A stretch of DNA of 64,000 nucleotides from a virus: positions 32,471 through 96,470 of IMG/VR virus record IMGVR_UViG_3300045988_119023; one strand, written 5' to 3'. Positions within the stretch are counted from its first letter, which is position 1. Each line of letters starts with the position of its first letter. Positions 28,526 to 40,100 of the stretch are shown in pieces. A program made the position numbers and the translations under genes. Under the pieces are notes generated by a model. It was not told the DNA's origin and searched no databases. It saw only the letters and a list, made by a program, of their open reading frames with translations.

Positions 28526-28708
28526 TTGGACATGAATATAGCACACGAATCTAAATCAAATAAAACCCCATTGTATTTAATAGGAGAGTTGATTGGCGTA
28601 CCGAATACGGTCATGGACTCAGCATTGCATGAACTGAAAGATAGAATAGACAAAGACCCTAAATATAAAGATGTTAAAAATTGGCTCGAGTCTTTACCCA
28701 AGATCTGA
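28526..28708 (+). CDS. Hypothetical small protein.
   Basis: ORF between two terminators. Confidence 0.35.
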   Translation: MDMNIAHESKSNKTPLYLIGELIGVPNTVMDSALHELKDRIDKDPKYKDVKNWLESLPKI

Positions 28709-28729
28709 ACCTATTTTTTCAATACCAGG

Positions 28730-28760
28730 CCCGATGCGATTTTAACGTATCGGGTTTTTA
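28730..28760 (+). terminator. Rho-independent terminator.
   Basis: CCCGATGCG/CGTATCGGG stem followed by TTTTTATTTT. Confidence 0.5.
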
Positions 28761-28834
28761 TTTTAATTCATATTATTTTATTTTAAATCTAATCAATTCA
28801 TGAATGTCGTACATTTGTTGAAAAACTATTCTAT

Positions 28835-29062
28835 ATGGAAAATAAGGAAGATTACGTTGGTTACGAAGATCAAGAACTGTGTAACCGGTATTACGAAGAG
28901 GCTGAAGCCATGAGACAAAAGCAGGACTGGCCTCGGCTTAGGGCTGTCGCTGCTCCGGCAAAGGGAACGCCATCGCCCGGCTGGGGTCAGCTTGGACGTG
29001 GAAACGATGTCCGTGTTAAGTACGTTAGCATCAATTCGGGATTGGGAGGAGACAGGTTATGA
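28835..29062 (+). CDS. Hypothetical protein.
   Basis: ORF. Confidence 0.35.
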   Translation: MENKEDYVGYEDQELCNRYYEEAEAMRQKQDWPRLRAVAAPAKGTPSPGWGQLGRGNDVRVKYVSINSGLGGDRL

Positions 29063-29277
29063 CAGTAGAAGAATTGGCTAACAAAAGATACGGTGGTGAG
29101 TTTGTTTTCATGTTTGGTCATCTTGAAGGTAGAACAAGATTCGTTTTTGAATGCTTTGATCCCAGGCCTGATCACGAAGGTAAAAATACCTATATGGTTT
29201 CTTATTTTGAGAAGGAACTTCATAGAAGAGATGTGGTAGATGTACCGTATTATATGAATGTTTCAGCGAAATCATGA
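29059..29277 (+). CDS. Hypothetical protein.
   Basis: ORF overlapping the upstream stop (ATGA). Confidence 0.4.
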   Translation: MTVEELANKRYGGEFVFMFGHLEGRTRFVFECFDPRPDHEGKNTYMVSYFEKELHRRDVVDVPYYMNVSAKS

Positions 29278-29477
29278 AAACACTACTTTTAAACGTACCT
29301 TCTTTCTCTGGTAAGATAGTTTCTCCTACCTGGATTAAAGCCGTAAGAGATTTCCAATCCAGATCGAAGGCAGAAAGAGACTCGTATTGTTCGATTTATG
29401 GATGCACAGGAGGGTGTAACTTGTGTGATGATATAAGTAAATATAGGATTTCAGAACAATTAAAATATTATAGATAA
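29274..29477 (+). CDS. Hypothetical protein with a Cys cluster.
   Basis: ORF overlapping the upstream stop. Contains CSIYGCTGGCNLC. Confidence 0.4.
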   Translation: MKTLLLNVPSFSGKIVSPTWIKAVRDFQSRSKAERDSYCSIYGCTGGCNLCDDISKYRISEQLKYYR

Positions 29478-29478
29478 T

Positions 29479-30114
29479 ATGGTTAGAATCGCATATTTCG
29501 GAACCGATGGCTGCCCCGGTCATCACGTTATTCCAATACGAGGTAAATTCACAGAAGAGGATATTAAGGTAATAGAATCTGTAGATTGTGATGATTTCTA
29601 TAAGGTGTTTGATGTCATGCGTTTTAAGATAGCTGAGTTTAAAGGATGGACGATATTGGGAATCCCGGCAAGCTTAGACGATTATAGACCTGGAAGCAAA
29701 ACCGTTATCTTCATAGAGGGTGAAGCTAACGAAGCTGATTTTATAGAAGTCACACAAGAGTATTCTTTTCTTAAAAATAAGGTAAAGAAACTTGCCGAAT
29801 TGTATCATGATGGAGAATGGCTTGCGACTGGTAAATTGAATCAAGATCCGCCTACTAACAAGGAGCGGTTTCAATTTACGTTAGACAAGGATGATATTAT
29901 TAACATGATTAGGGGAGTCGATTTAGATCCTTATTCTGATGTGGCGAATGAAATGGAGAAAATCGGATTGGGATCATCATCTGATTCTTCATATGAGGGT
30001 CCCACATGGTCTTGGTTTGTTAACAAAGTAGAACTTTGGCAGAAGAATAATGTATGGGATAGTTTCTCCGCTGAGTTTTTGTGGGGTTTGTATTGTAGGA
30101 TAAAGAAAGTATAG
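29479..30114 (+). CDS. Hypothetical protein (211 aa).
   Basis: ORF. Confidence 0.45.
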   Translation: MVRIAYFGTDGCPGHHVIPIRGKFTEEDIKVIESVDCDDFYKVFDVMRFKIAEFKGWTILGIPASLDDYRPGSKTVIFIEGEANEADFIEVTQEYSFLKNKVKKLAELYHDGEWLATGKLNQDPPTNKERFQFTLDKDDIINMIRGVDLDPYSDVANEMEKIGLGSSSDSSYEGPTWSWFVNKVELWQKNNVWDSFSAEFLWGLYCRIKKV

Positions 30115-30137
30115 TAACAATTAATTTAAAACAAATC

Positions 30138-30824
30138 ATGGAATTAAAAGATTTTAAAGATGTGGTTAGAGTAATGACAAAAGAAGAGTTCGAATCAACA
30201 ATCGAAGAAGATATTAAATTCGTTGAGGGATTCAAGAATTTCTTAAAACATGATGATGCCACGAGGATAGTAGAGCATATCAAGTCTGTGTTAGAAGCAT
30301 CAGTAGATTACTACTATCCTAATCATCCTGAAGTAGAATTTGAAAAAGATTTTAATATACAATACGATGTCAATAATATCTTGAACAAATACGGCCACAC
30401 CGAAATGGGTATGTATAAAATACAGCTCTATATAGAGAATATTTTGGGTAGTATTCAAAACAAGAAGCCTGTAGACGTGGGAGAAGTCTCTGACGGATAC
30501 CACACTTTCAATGAATTGTATCGGTATCGCATGTTGTATAACGCTGCCTTCTTTAATCTATTAGCCAGAAACGGACAGGTTGAAGTTTGCAAATCAAGGA
30601 GACACAGCGACGGAGAAAAATGCTTCGGTTCTGATGACTGGTTTATTGTGATGGCGATCCTGCCTACCGGTCAGGTATCTAATCACTATAAAAGCAAATA
30701 CTGGGATTTGTTTGATGTTCCTGAAAGAGAAACCGCTTTCGAATATGATGGCCATACACCAAATGAAGCCGCCGACAGACTTGAAAAGTATCTCAAACTG
30801 CCTCGTCATGGCATGACATTCTAA
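30138..30824 (+). CDS. Hypothetical protein (228 aa) with a conserved-looking DGYHTFNELYRYR motif.
   Basis: ORF. Confidence 0.45.
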   Translation: MELKDFKDVVRVMTKEEFESTIEEDIKFVEGFKNFLKHDDATRIVEHIKSVLEASVDYYYPNHPEVEFEKDFNIQYDVNNILNKYGHTEMGMYKIQLYIENILGSIQNKKPVDVGEVSDGYHTFNELYRYRMLYNAAFFNLLARNGQVEVCKSRRHSDGEKCFGSDDWFIVMAILPTGQVSNHYKSKYWDLFDVPERETAFEYDGHTPNEAADRLEKYLKLPRHGMTF

Positions 30825-30849
30825 AAGGCTTTAGAACAGCTTAAATTAG

Positions 30850-31180
30850 GTCGTAAGATAAAAAGAATCGATTGGGGTAAAAAGTATATCTGTATATCCG
30901 AAATAACATTAAAACAATATAATTTCATTATAAGGTTTTGATGTACCATAAATGGTCCGGATATTAGCCTAAGCCTTGAAACGAAGGCTACGTTATTTGA
31001 GAATAGATAGTTATCTACGGATGTTTACCCAAGTTCGTAGCTCTAAGGTAAGTGATTAAACAGTTCTGGTATTCAGGAACAGTGTTGCTTACGAAAACCT
31101 CTTATAACATTGGCGATGGGTACTAACAGGATGAAATATTCCTGACTTATGTTGAATAAACATTAAAAACGTTTGTAGAT
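30850..31180 (+). ncRNA. Candidate omega-RNA (guide RNA of the IscB OMEGA system) in the 356-nt non-coding gap upstream of iscB.
   Basis: Placement and size match known IscB loci, where the omega-RNA is encoded immediately 5' of iscB. The local hairpin AGCCTT/AAGGCT is one example of structure here. No fold was computed. Confidence 0.4.
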
Positions 31181-32401
31181 ATGGTGTACGTACAAGACAT
31201 AAATGGTAAACCTCTGATGCCAACAACGAGGCATGGCAAGGTTAGGAGACTGCTTAAAGAAAACAAGGCAGTCGTTGTAAACCTATGTCCGTTTACCATC
31301 AAATTAACGTACGTTACATCTGATTACAAACAAGAAATTGTGTTAGGCGTTGATGCTGGTACTAAACATGTTGGTTTATCAGCAACAACGAAAAGCAAAG
31401 AACTTTACAGTAGTGAAGTGATCCTTAGAAATGATATCGTAGATCTTTTGTCTACCAGAAGGGAGCTACGAAGAACAAGACGGAATAGATTGAGGTATAG
31501 AAAATCTCGTTTTGATAATAGAATAAAAAGTAGGCGTCCGGGATGGGTAGCACCTTCGGTGAAGTACAAAATAGACGCTCATATTCGTGTTATTGACAAT
31601 GTATGTTCCATATTACCAATATTTCGTATTGTTATTGAAGTAGCTCAATTTGATACTCAAAAGATTAAGAATCCTGAAATATTAGGTAAAGAATACCAGG
31701 AAGGTGATCAACTTGAGTTTTGGAACACAAGAGAGTATGTTTTAGCAAGGGATGGGCATAAATGTCAGTATTGTAAAGGAAAGTCAAAAGATAAGATCCT
31801 TAATGTCCATCATCTTGAATCCCGAAAAACCGGAGGCGATTCCCCTTCTAATCTTATTACCTTATGTAAAACCTGTCATAAAGAATACCATAAAGGTAAT
31901 ATAGATTTAAAGATCAAACGGGGATCGTCGCTTCGCGACGCGGCCGTAATGGGGATCATGAAATGGAAGTTGTATGAAGAACTGAGATCCAGATACGACA
32001 GAGTTTCTATGACGTTTGGTTACATTACGAAACATAATCGGATTAAATATGGGATTGAAAAATCCCATACATCCGACGCGTTTGTCATTTCTAAGAATAT
32101 TAATGCGAAACGAATCGAACGTCAATATTTAAAACGTTTAATTCGTAGACATAATAGACAAATACATAAAATGAAAATTTTAAAAGGGGGGAAGAAGAAA
32201 AACAATCAAGCTCCTTTTGAGGTTTTCGGTTTTAGGTTGTTTGATAAAGTGTTGTATAACAATAAAATATTCTTTGTTTATGGAAGGAGAAAATCAGGGA
32301 GTTTCAATATCAGGGATTTCAACGGAGAAAATTCAAAAGATGTTTCACGCAAAAAGTTTAAACTCATTAGAGGGAAGAGGCATCCGATTATATTAAAGTA
32401 A
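31181..32401 (+). CDS. iscB: IscB, an IS200/IS605-family OMEGA RNA-guided nuclease. Domain order is PLMP, RuvC-I, Arg-rich bridge helix, RuvC-II, HNH, RuvC-III.
   Basis: PLMP motif in NGKPLMPTTRHGKVRRLL. RuvC-I: IVLGVDAGTKHVGLS. Bridge helix: RRELRRTRRNRLRYRKSRFDNR. RuvC-II: RIVIEVAQFD. HNH: CQYCKG...NVHHLESRKTGGDSPSNLITLCKTCHKEYH. RuvC-III: KSHTSDAFVIS. Length 406 aa. Confidence 0.85.
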   Translation: MVYVQDINGKPLMPTTRHGKVRRLLKENKAVVVNLCPFTIKLTYVTSDYKQEIVLGVDAGTKHVGLSATTKSKELYSSEVILRNDIVDLLSTRRELRRTRRNRLRYRKSRFDNRIKSRRPGWVAPSVKYKIDAHIRVIDNVCSILPIFRIVIEVAQFDTQKIKNPEILGKEYQEGDQLEFWNTREYVLARDGHKCQYCKGKSKDKILNVHHLESRKTGGDSPSNLITLCKTCHKEYHKGNIDLKIKRGSSLRDAAVMGIMKWKLYEELRSRYDRVSMTFGYITKHNRIKYGIEKSHTSDAFVISKNINAKRIERQYLKRLIRRHNRQIHKMKILKGGKKKNNQAPFEVFGFRLFDKVLYNNKIFFVYGRRKSGSFNIRDFNGENSKDVSRKKFKLIRGKRHPIILK

Positions 32402-32438
32402 ATGAACGGATTTAATAAATTTAATAGAAAAACGTATC

Positions 32439-32744
32439 ATGTATAATAAAGAAATAGTAATATGCGCGGCTATCTGGGTGCAGGACGGCAAGAAGCGTCC
32501 TCATCAGCCCACCAATATACCATCCGGCGCCGTATTTTGTGGATTGAGACATTGTTCTATCATTTCTCAGTTTGCGGCATACGGTATAGCTCATAAAAAC
32601 CGCAGTGTTCAAGGATTTTTGACAAGCAAGAACCGGTTTCTGACGAGAGAAGAAGCGTCTGAGCTTGTTAAGAACAATAATCAGGAGATGGTAGTAGATA
32701 GGAATGCTATTAGAGAACAATTGTATTCCGAAGATTTATATTAA
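32439..32744 (+). CDS. Hypothetical protein (101 aa).
   Basis: ORF immediately 3' of iscB. Confidence 0.4.
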   Translation: MYNKEIVICAAIWVQDGKKRPHQPTNIPSGAVFCGLRHCSIISQFAAYGIAHKNRSVQGFLTSKNRFLTREEASELVKNNNQEMVVDRNAIREQLYSEDLY

Positions 32745-32761
32745 CTAAAAAACAAAACAAC

Positions 32762-33118
32762 ATGGGGTTTAAAATCAAAAAGTCAATCATTTATAATATG
32801 ATGGACGACAGTCGGGTAGAGTACGAATTTGACAATACCAAGGATTTTGATTATATTACATTTAAGGGTGATGGCAAAGAGTCTTTTTCATTTAACGTAA
32901 TCCTTGTTAAACAATTAATTGAAACATTTGAAATCATGTTGCAGGATATATATTCTGATAATTATAAGCTTAAGGTTTATGCTGGTAATTGCATAGCTCA
33001 ATTGAACGTAAATCCAAAGGACTCAAGTGAATCCTTTTTTGACGTATATGATAAAGATGAAACGAAACTGATATATGGAATAGAGATCGGTATTCTGAAA
33101 GAAATGTTTGGCATATGA
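32762..33118 (+). CDS. Hypothetical protein.
   Basis: ORF. Confidence 0.4.
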   Translation: MGFKIKKSIIYNMMDDSRVEYEFDNTKDFDYITFKGDGKESFSFNVILVKQLIETFEIMLQDIYSDNYKLKVYAGNCIAQLNVNPKDSSESFFDVYDKDETKLIYGIEIGILKEMFGI

Positions 33119-33438
33119 TTACTAAACAAGATATACAAGCAGCAGCATCGTATATTTTCCGAAGCAGTTTTGTCTCGGAGGACCAGGCAAGGAAAGTAAC
33201 GATAAGAGCCGGTAATAACGCTACCAAGAACCTTGTCAAGACCTTCAGAGGAAAGTTGTTCAAGAAGGCTTTTGAAAGAGCCCGTAGAGGAAAGGATATC
33301 AGTTTTTTTGAAAGACAGGAAAAAGAAAGTGGTTTTAATTTCCTTTACAATCTTAATAATGGTCGTATGCGAAGCGGTCATATTATAATAGACGGAATTG
33401 ATCTGTTTAAACAAATAATCTATGAAGTTCAACATTAA
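33115..33438 (+). CDS. Hypothetical basic protein.
   Basis: ORF overlapping the upstream stop. Confidence 0.4.
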   Translation: MITKQDIQAAASYIFRSSFVSEDQARKVTIRAGNNATKNLVKTFRGKLFKKAFERARRGKDISFFERQEKESGFNFLYNLNNGRMRSGHIIIDGIDLFKQIIYEVQH

Positions 33439-33604
33439 AGGTAAAAAAGCTGATATTCGTTTAGGCAGAGGTCTGGCGAATCAGATTAAAATAAACAAAA
33501 CCATTCCAACGTCTCATAAACCAAAAGAAGAACGTAGAATGATGTTTATTTGTGGTGATGATATTGCTTCTCTTATAAAGCGGTTTGAAAACGAATCAAA
33601 GTAA
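33422..33604 (+). CDS. Hypothetical small protein.
   Basis: ORF ending just before a strong terminator. Confidence 0.35.
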   Translation: MKFNIKGKKADIRLGRGLANQIKINKTIPTSHKPKEERRMMFICGDDIASLIKRFENESK

Positions 33605-33610
33605 AAAAAG

Positions 33611-33642
33611 GTCGGACATGTATCTTGTCCGACTTTTTTTTT
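33611..33642 (+). terminator. Rho-independent terminator.
   Basis: 8-bp perfect stem GTCGGACA/TGTCCGAC with a 7-nt loop and a T9 run. Preceded by A7, so it may act bidirectionally. Confidence 0.65.
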
Positions 33643-33655
33643 ATATATTTGCGCT

Positions 33656-33979
33656 ATGGCAAGAGGTTATTATTGGATACCACAAACAGATGAAACGTTA
33701 AATGGCATAAGCTATTACGTGGCTAAGGTAGTAGGAGATATCACATTTGATACCAAACGAAAAAGAATCGTATTTCAAGCTGATAGATATTTCCCTGTAG
33801 GATCTGTTTTCCATTTTACACACAATTGCTTCAATTATATCATAACTTGCCGACTTCGCAAGCCAGGGCTTTGGTTTGAAGCCAGGAGAGAAGATTCGGG
33901 CCCTATTTGCCCTGAAGATATTGAACGTTTTGAATCGGGAAGGTTTATTCATAGAAATGGGTACAAATACAATGCATAA
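33656..33979 (+). CDS. Hypothetical protein.
   Basis: ORF. Confidence 0.4.
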   Translation: MARGYYWIPQTDETLNGISYYVAKVVGDITFDTKRKRIVFQADRYFPVGSVFHFTHNCFNYIITCRLRKPGLWFEARREDSGPICPEDIERFESGRFIHRNGYKYNA

Positions 33980-34030
33980 GCGTAACTTGACGATTTGCGT
34001 CAGATTATAATTTTTTTTCATATTATTTTT

Positions 34031-34068
34031 AAGCCATCAGACTGAGAAGTTAGATGGCTTAATTTTTT
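34031..34068 (+). terminator. Rho-independent terminator.
   Basis: 8-bp perfect stem AAGCCATC/GATGGCTT followed by AATTTTTTAT. Confidence 0.55.
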
Positions 34069-34120
34069 ATGATATGCTTGATTTTTGGCTACCTTTGTCT
34101 CATAACAAAAATGTTTTATC

Positions 34121-37100
34121 ATGGTATCAACGTGTATTATTAAAAGAGATAATAAAAAGAAAGTTGTTTCTGTCTCTACCAGATCAGGGGACAGGTCTAT
34201 GTTATTCGATAAGATAGCATCTATTCCTCTTATGGAAAATAGGGAACGGGCTACTACTGTTTTTAAAACCGTATTTTCTAATAAGTTCTTAAAGGCTTTT
34301 GGTGACTGGAGAAGGAATGTGCCTATCAACAAACAGGCTTACAATAAGGTAAAATCTAACATCGGCCTTATTCCAGAGACCTATAGAGAAAGGGTGCTGG
34401 ATAAGGCTTCTAAGATGAGCAACCCTATTCTTGTGTCGAAATCAGATGCACCTTATGGGATTCAAGAATCAGGCTTTGGATTCTATAGCCAAGATCTGGG
34501 TGATAATATTATGTTGGTGGATGCTATGGTTCCGTCAAGTATCTCCGTGCCGGAAGAACCAGGAATAGACTCAGGGCAGTATCTACAAGATGCTATATCT
34601 TCGGACTTCACTCCCGTATCTATGGTACAGGATAATGATGTTAATTATATGGTTATAAAAGACGGTCTTAAGATATTTAGTCCAGAAGAGCTACCAGAAA
34701 CAGATTCTAATCCTGTGGGTGTAACGTATCAGACTGGAGAACCTCGTTTGTTTTTTATGAATGATCGTAATCAATTATTTGAAGATTACGGAGAAGCTCT
34801 TCGCTCTGGCGGGAATGATATCAGAATAGGATTCTTATCTGGCACCGTTCAAGAATCTGCCTGGGATGGCGTGGCAGACATTACTTACAAGGCTGGAAAG
34901 TATGTCCTTAACAACCCCAAATCTTTTATACCTGTTATGACCGCCTCTGCTTCCACTTCTTTATCAACAAAAGGTGGGATAATAAACTACCTTATAAAGA
35001 AAGGTCTTTTGTCAGGATCCAAGATATTCGATCCGGAAACAAGAAGCTATTATCTTACAGGAGAAGGACATGCAGGACAAATTAGACTTTTCAATTCAGC
35101 CTTAGCTTATACCGAACTTCGTAATCATTTCGGTTCTGATGTTTCCATGAATGATCAAGGCATGATAACCATAAATTCATTGGATAATAGTAAGGTGACT
35201 ATGAGACTCGCCACCGGAGGAACAGAAAGAGTTAGCAAGGAGCAGATAAAGAGCGATCTTAAGTCTGGAAGATACAATGAATTGGATGCTAAATACGATC
35301 ACTTTGATGCGCTTGTAGTTTCATTTATATTAGAAGACAATGATCTTTATGCTGATACTAAAGCTAAGATAGTATCGGATTATAGCCAAGAGGAACGTAA
35401 TCAACGAAATTCTATTGTTGAGATACTGAAAACGCTGGGCGTTAGTGTCGTTGGCATGACCGATTATATAGAGAAGTACCAAACTAAATACGGACACGAA
35501 CCTTCTGCTAAAGCATTGGCGGATATTGCCAATAACGTAATAGCAGTCGGTGAAGATGCTACTTTGTCTGACTTAGTAGAAGAAACAGCCCACTTCCTTG
35601 TAGAGGCGTACAGAGATCAGAATGCTGTTGAATCTGTTTTGCAAGACGTAGAAGGCACTGAAGAATGGAATCAGTATGCAAATCAGTATTATAATACATA
35701 CGGTAAGGTATATGAAGGAACTGAACTTGACAATGTAGTTAGGAAAGAAATTCTTGGAAAGATCCTTGCCAGGGAGATGCAGGACAGAACGGCGCCCATA
35801 GAGCCCACCTCCTTCCTGGGACGCGTCCGGCAGCTTCTCTCTGGAATCGTAAACTGGCTTAAATCAGCTTTATCTACCCAAAGACAAGATTTGAATAACG
35901 TTATTAAAAACATTCGTGATCTTGCTATTACCGACATAGATAAAGGATTTGATACTTCTCTTTTAAAGGATAATGATTTTACATTATACTCTCTTTCCTC
36001 TATGAACAAGAACAAGTTTCTTGAGTCTAAGATCCGGGCATTGAGAAAAACATTGAGAGACTTACGTCAGATAAGCTCTGATAGGGCTGTAACTACATCT
36101 ATGACCCTTGCTCAACTTAAGACCATAGAAGATAAGATAAATAAGGTAGAGACCGAAATAGACAAAAATGAGATGGCGGCTGCCATGAATAGCATGATCT
36201 CCACAGCCGAAGCTCAGGTCAGATACTTAAGCAATGTAGTAAATACTATCCTTCATGGTGATACCAAAGACGGTAAACTTCATTTCAATACCAATGATCG
36301 AAAGAACGTAGATATTATCAACAATCAGGTTCTTCCGATCATGAACGATCTTCGAGGATATATCCGTAACAGAAGTACCGAATTTGACGAACGTGAAAAG
36401 CAAGATTATACAAATAGGATCAATACCGTCATTGCCGACATCAATGGTATTCAGTCTGATATTAAATCAGTACAAGATCTTGATGAAAGTACGTTGCTTG
36501 ACAAGTTAATGAACGAACTTCATGTGCCGGCAGATAAGGTAAAGAAAGTAAAAGAGTTCTTTGATAAAGTCCAACACGATGTGTCCTGGATAAGTAGGTG
36601 GTTTGGTATATTAGAACATTCTTCCAGCCCGTTTAATAACGCTCTTGGAGCTATGATTGCCAAAGACAATTATAATGCGATGGTGAATGCCCAGCCAGCC
36701 ATATCCGACTTCCTGGCATATGCGAAAAAACATGGTTTCAATAAATCTGAATTTGAAAAACTGCTTCAGAAAGTAGACGGCAAGACTTCTAATTATCTTC
36801 GTAGTGCTCTTGATATGGCTAAATACGATCGTAATAAGAAGCTGGCGCAGATGCGAGCGTTTGCAACTGCCATGAACATAGAGATATCAGAAGAAGAAAT
36901 CAATGATGTGGTTGACAATAACCGTAATTATGTGTTTAAAAGAGAAGTAGTTGACAAGGACGGAAATACGGTTACTGAGAACGCTAAATTTAAACCTTCT
37001 TCTGATAGGGTTAATACCGACATCTTTACCATCGAGCAGGAAAGGATTTATACAGAACAGATGGAGAAGTGGGATGCTGAAAATTCAGAACTGGAATTTA

Positions 37101-40100
37101 GTGAAAGTTATGCCACAAGAATGGAATCCATATACAAAAAGGCTGAAGAAGAATTGGGGTATCCGGTTTCTCAAACAACTAAAGAATATCTTAATGCTCT
37201 TTCCCGGCAAAAACGGATATTGAGGCAACCTTTTATTGATAGCAATGGTAATTTTGATGAAGTTGCTTACTTCAAGAGCAGTAATTATGAAGAAGAAGGA
37301 CTGCTTCGTAAACAACGTAAGGAAGCAGCTTCAGAATACATATATGTAGGAACCAGAAGAGTCGATAAAACCGGTGATCAACTCAAGATGGCTAAAGAAA
37401 TACAAGCTATAAATGAAGTATGGAGAAAAGAATCAAATAATGTTACTAATGCCGTATCAGAATCATTTTTGGAAAGATTGAGAACGATTCAGCGTGAGTC
37501 TGGAGGGGAGGCTGCACTGAGAACGCTTATGTTAGGAGGACACCTGGCTTTTAATGATCAGTTTTGGAATGATATAGAGTCAGATCAGTCGGCACGCACC
37601 GAATCAAACAACAAGGCTTCGTATCTTAAAATGGCGCATGATATCATTAATTCTACGACAAGTGATAGAGATGCGACAGACGTAGAAGCTATTGTGAAAG
37701 ATATAGAAAAAAACAGGGCTATCATCAAGGAAATAATTGGGAATAACCGCGATGTGGCTGACATCGGAGAAATCAATGAAGCGACATTTACCTCATCTGA
37801 AAGAGATGCTTTTAGGGCTGCATCTGAAGCTATTGAAACCGACTACGCTATTTTAATAGATTATGCTAAGATGGTGGGTCTTGAAGATATTGATAAATAC
37901 CTTACTAAAAGCAGTAAGGCTGAAAACGAAGTCAATCAATCTTATTTAAATGCTCTTGCTGACTCCAAGGAAGTGGAATGGAAGTTTGTGCAACGTCATA
38001 CTACGGCAAAGAAAGCAAAAAGGATTCAAGCCTTAAGGGATAAACTATTTAAGGCTGCTGATAACCGATATTTGTTTACTGTATCTGAAACCAACTACTT
38101 GTCAGAAAAGCTTGGAATAAGCAAAGAATTAGACGGTAGAGATTTTAGGAATGCTGTCAATACTAAGATGGCCAGCTTGTTTTTAAATAACACAAGAGAA
38201 TCAGGTATAGAAGAGGCTAATGCTATTGTTAATGAATTTGCCAGAAGTCAAGTCTTTTCATATTACAAACGCATGGCTCCTACCGGATATGCGGCTATGC
38301 TTGGTAAAATAGGTCGAGGTGAGATAGACGTGGCACAGATGGTTAAAGACATACAGAACGGGACATCCACACAAGATTATGGTATGAATATATCGTACCT
38401 GTCTTTCGACCCTGCAAGAGCGTGGGTGGCTGAATCTGAAGCTGAAAATAGCGGTCGTAACCCAGATTATGTAAAAGATCATGGGTATGGTTATCGTATG
38501 CCCAAGAAGAGCCTGTATCGTGATGAATCGTATTTCAATGACTTCGGCATTAGATATGATGCTGATGGTAATGAGATTGCTACTAAAAACGTAGAGCAAT
38601 GGAATATGATTCAAAAACTTAAGGAAATAAAAAGACAATCCCTTTCCTTATACAAAGAGCAGAGCCCCAATTTGTATGCTATTCCACAGATATCCAAACA
38701 AGATATAGAACGTATGGAGGGATTGGGTATCAACTTCAAAAATACGGTTCGTAATTTTGTATCAGATCTCTGTCTGGACAGAGTAGACGATTCTCTATAC
38801 GGTAAAACCAGACAAGGGGAAGTATATGATCCAGAAGATAGGATTAGGTCTATACCTAAATACTACATATATGAATTAGAGAACCAAGATGACGTATCTT
38901 ATGATTTTGGTTATTCTTATTCGATGCTTATGATGCAATCATCGTTATACAACGAAAAGCAGAAGTCTATAGAGCTTGCCCAAGGACTGGAGCAGATGTT
39001 ACTGAATAAGCAATTTGAAGGCGGTAAGAAAGCTGAGGCAACTCAAGCATACCAGATGTTTAGAGACTTCTTTAATGACCATTATTATGGCATTAGGATG
39101 AACACCAAGAAACTTACGGTTAACATCGGTGGATACACGATAGATCTTACAAGAATTATGATGGCCGTTGAAAGGTTTATGTCGGTCATGAACTTAGCGC
39201 TGTCCCCGTTTGTGGCAGCTACCGGCGCTCTGACAGGTCATATTAACCTCATCATGGAATCTGCCGTAGGACAATATATAAGCAAAGATTCCCTTAAATA
39301 TGCATCGGCTGAGTTTTCACGTCTTGCGCCATCTTGTATAGCAGAAACCGGAGACATAGATAGAAAAAGCAAATTATATGTCATAGGTGAGAGAATGGGG
39401 ATATTCAATATCCGAAATCGTATGTATGGTGCCGGATATAATAGGGTGGCCCGGACCTTAATGCGTTCACCGATGTATGCTTTTATGGAAATCATGAACT
39501 ACCCTCTTGATCCGCAGGTTATGATCGCTACTATGGATAACGTTCGTTATTACAAAGGTCGGTTCTACACGTTCCAGGATTTCAAGATGGAAAAAGAACG
39601 TGGTAAAGAACAGAGCACCATAAAAAGAGAATGGGATGCATTAAAAGATCGTACTTTATGGAGTATGGTAGATGTCGTAGACGGCAAGGTGGTTGTGAAA
39701 CCAGGATCGGGTGTTACTGTTGAGGAGGTTGAGACTCAGATGGCTATAACCCGAAATCAGGTTCGTAGCCTGTCTCAGATATGTAACGGATCTTTGAATG
39801 AAGAAAACCGGACCGCCGCATCACGTAACTGGATAGCCAGGTTCATGACTGCCCACCGAGGATGGCTGGTGCTGGCGGCTCAACGTCTGTGGAAAAGAAG
39901 GGGGTTCAATTTCCAGACAATGCAAGAAGAAGAAGGGCTGTCAATTACGTTAAAGAATATGATAGCCAAAACATTTAGCTTAGCTTCCGAGCCTGGTATG
40001 AAAAATATCATAGATGCCTGGAACGAAAATAAAGATAAGATGGGTGAGGTGGAAAAGACTAATCTTAAACGCCTCAGTGTTTATGCCGGCACGTTCCTCA

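Noticed and set aside
28308-28535. ORF 28308-28535 (75 aa) and ORF 28301-28486 (-).
   Set aside because: They overlap the 3' end of gene 28072-28365 and a GC-rich hairpin terminator. They are likely non-coding.
33698-34332. Minus-strand ORFs 33698-34021 and 34018-34332 in a + strand region.
   Set aside because: They overlap + strand gene 33656-33979, a + strand terminator, and the start of the giant gene. They have no supporting context.
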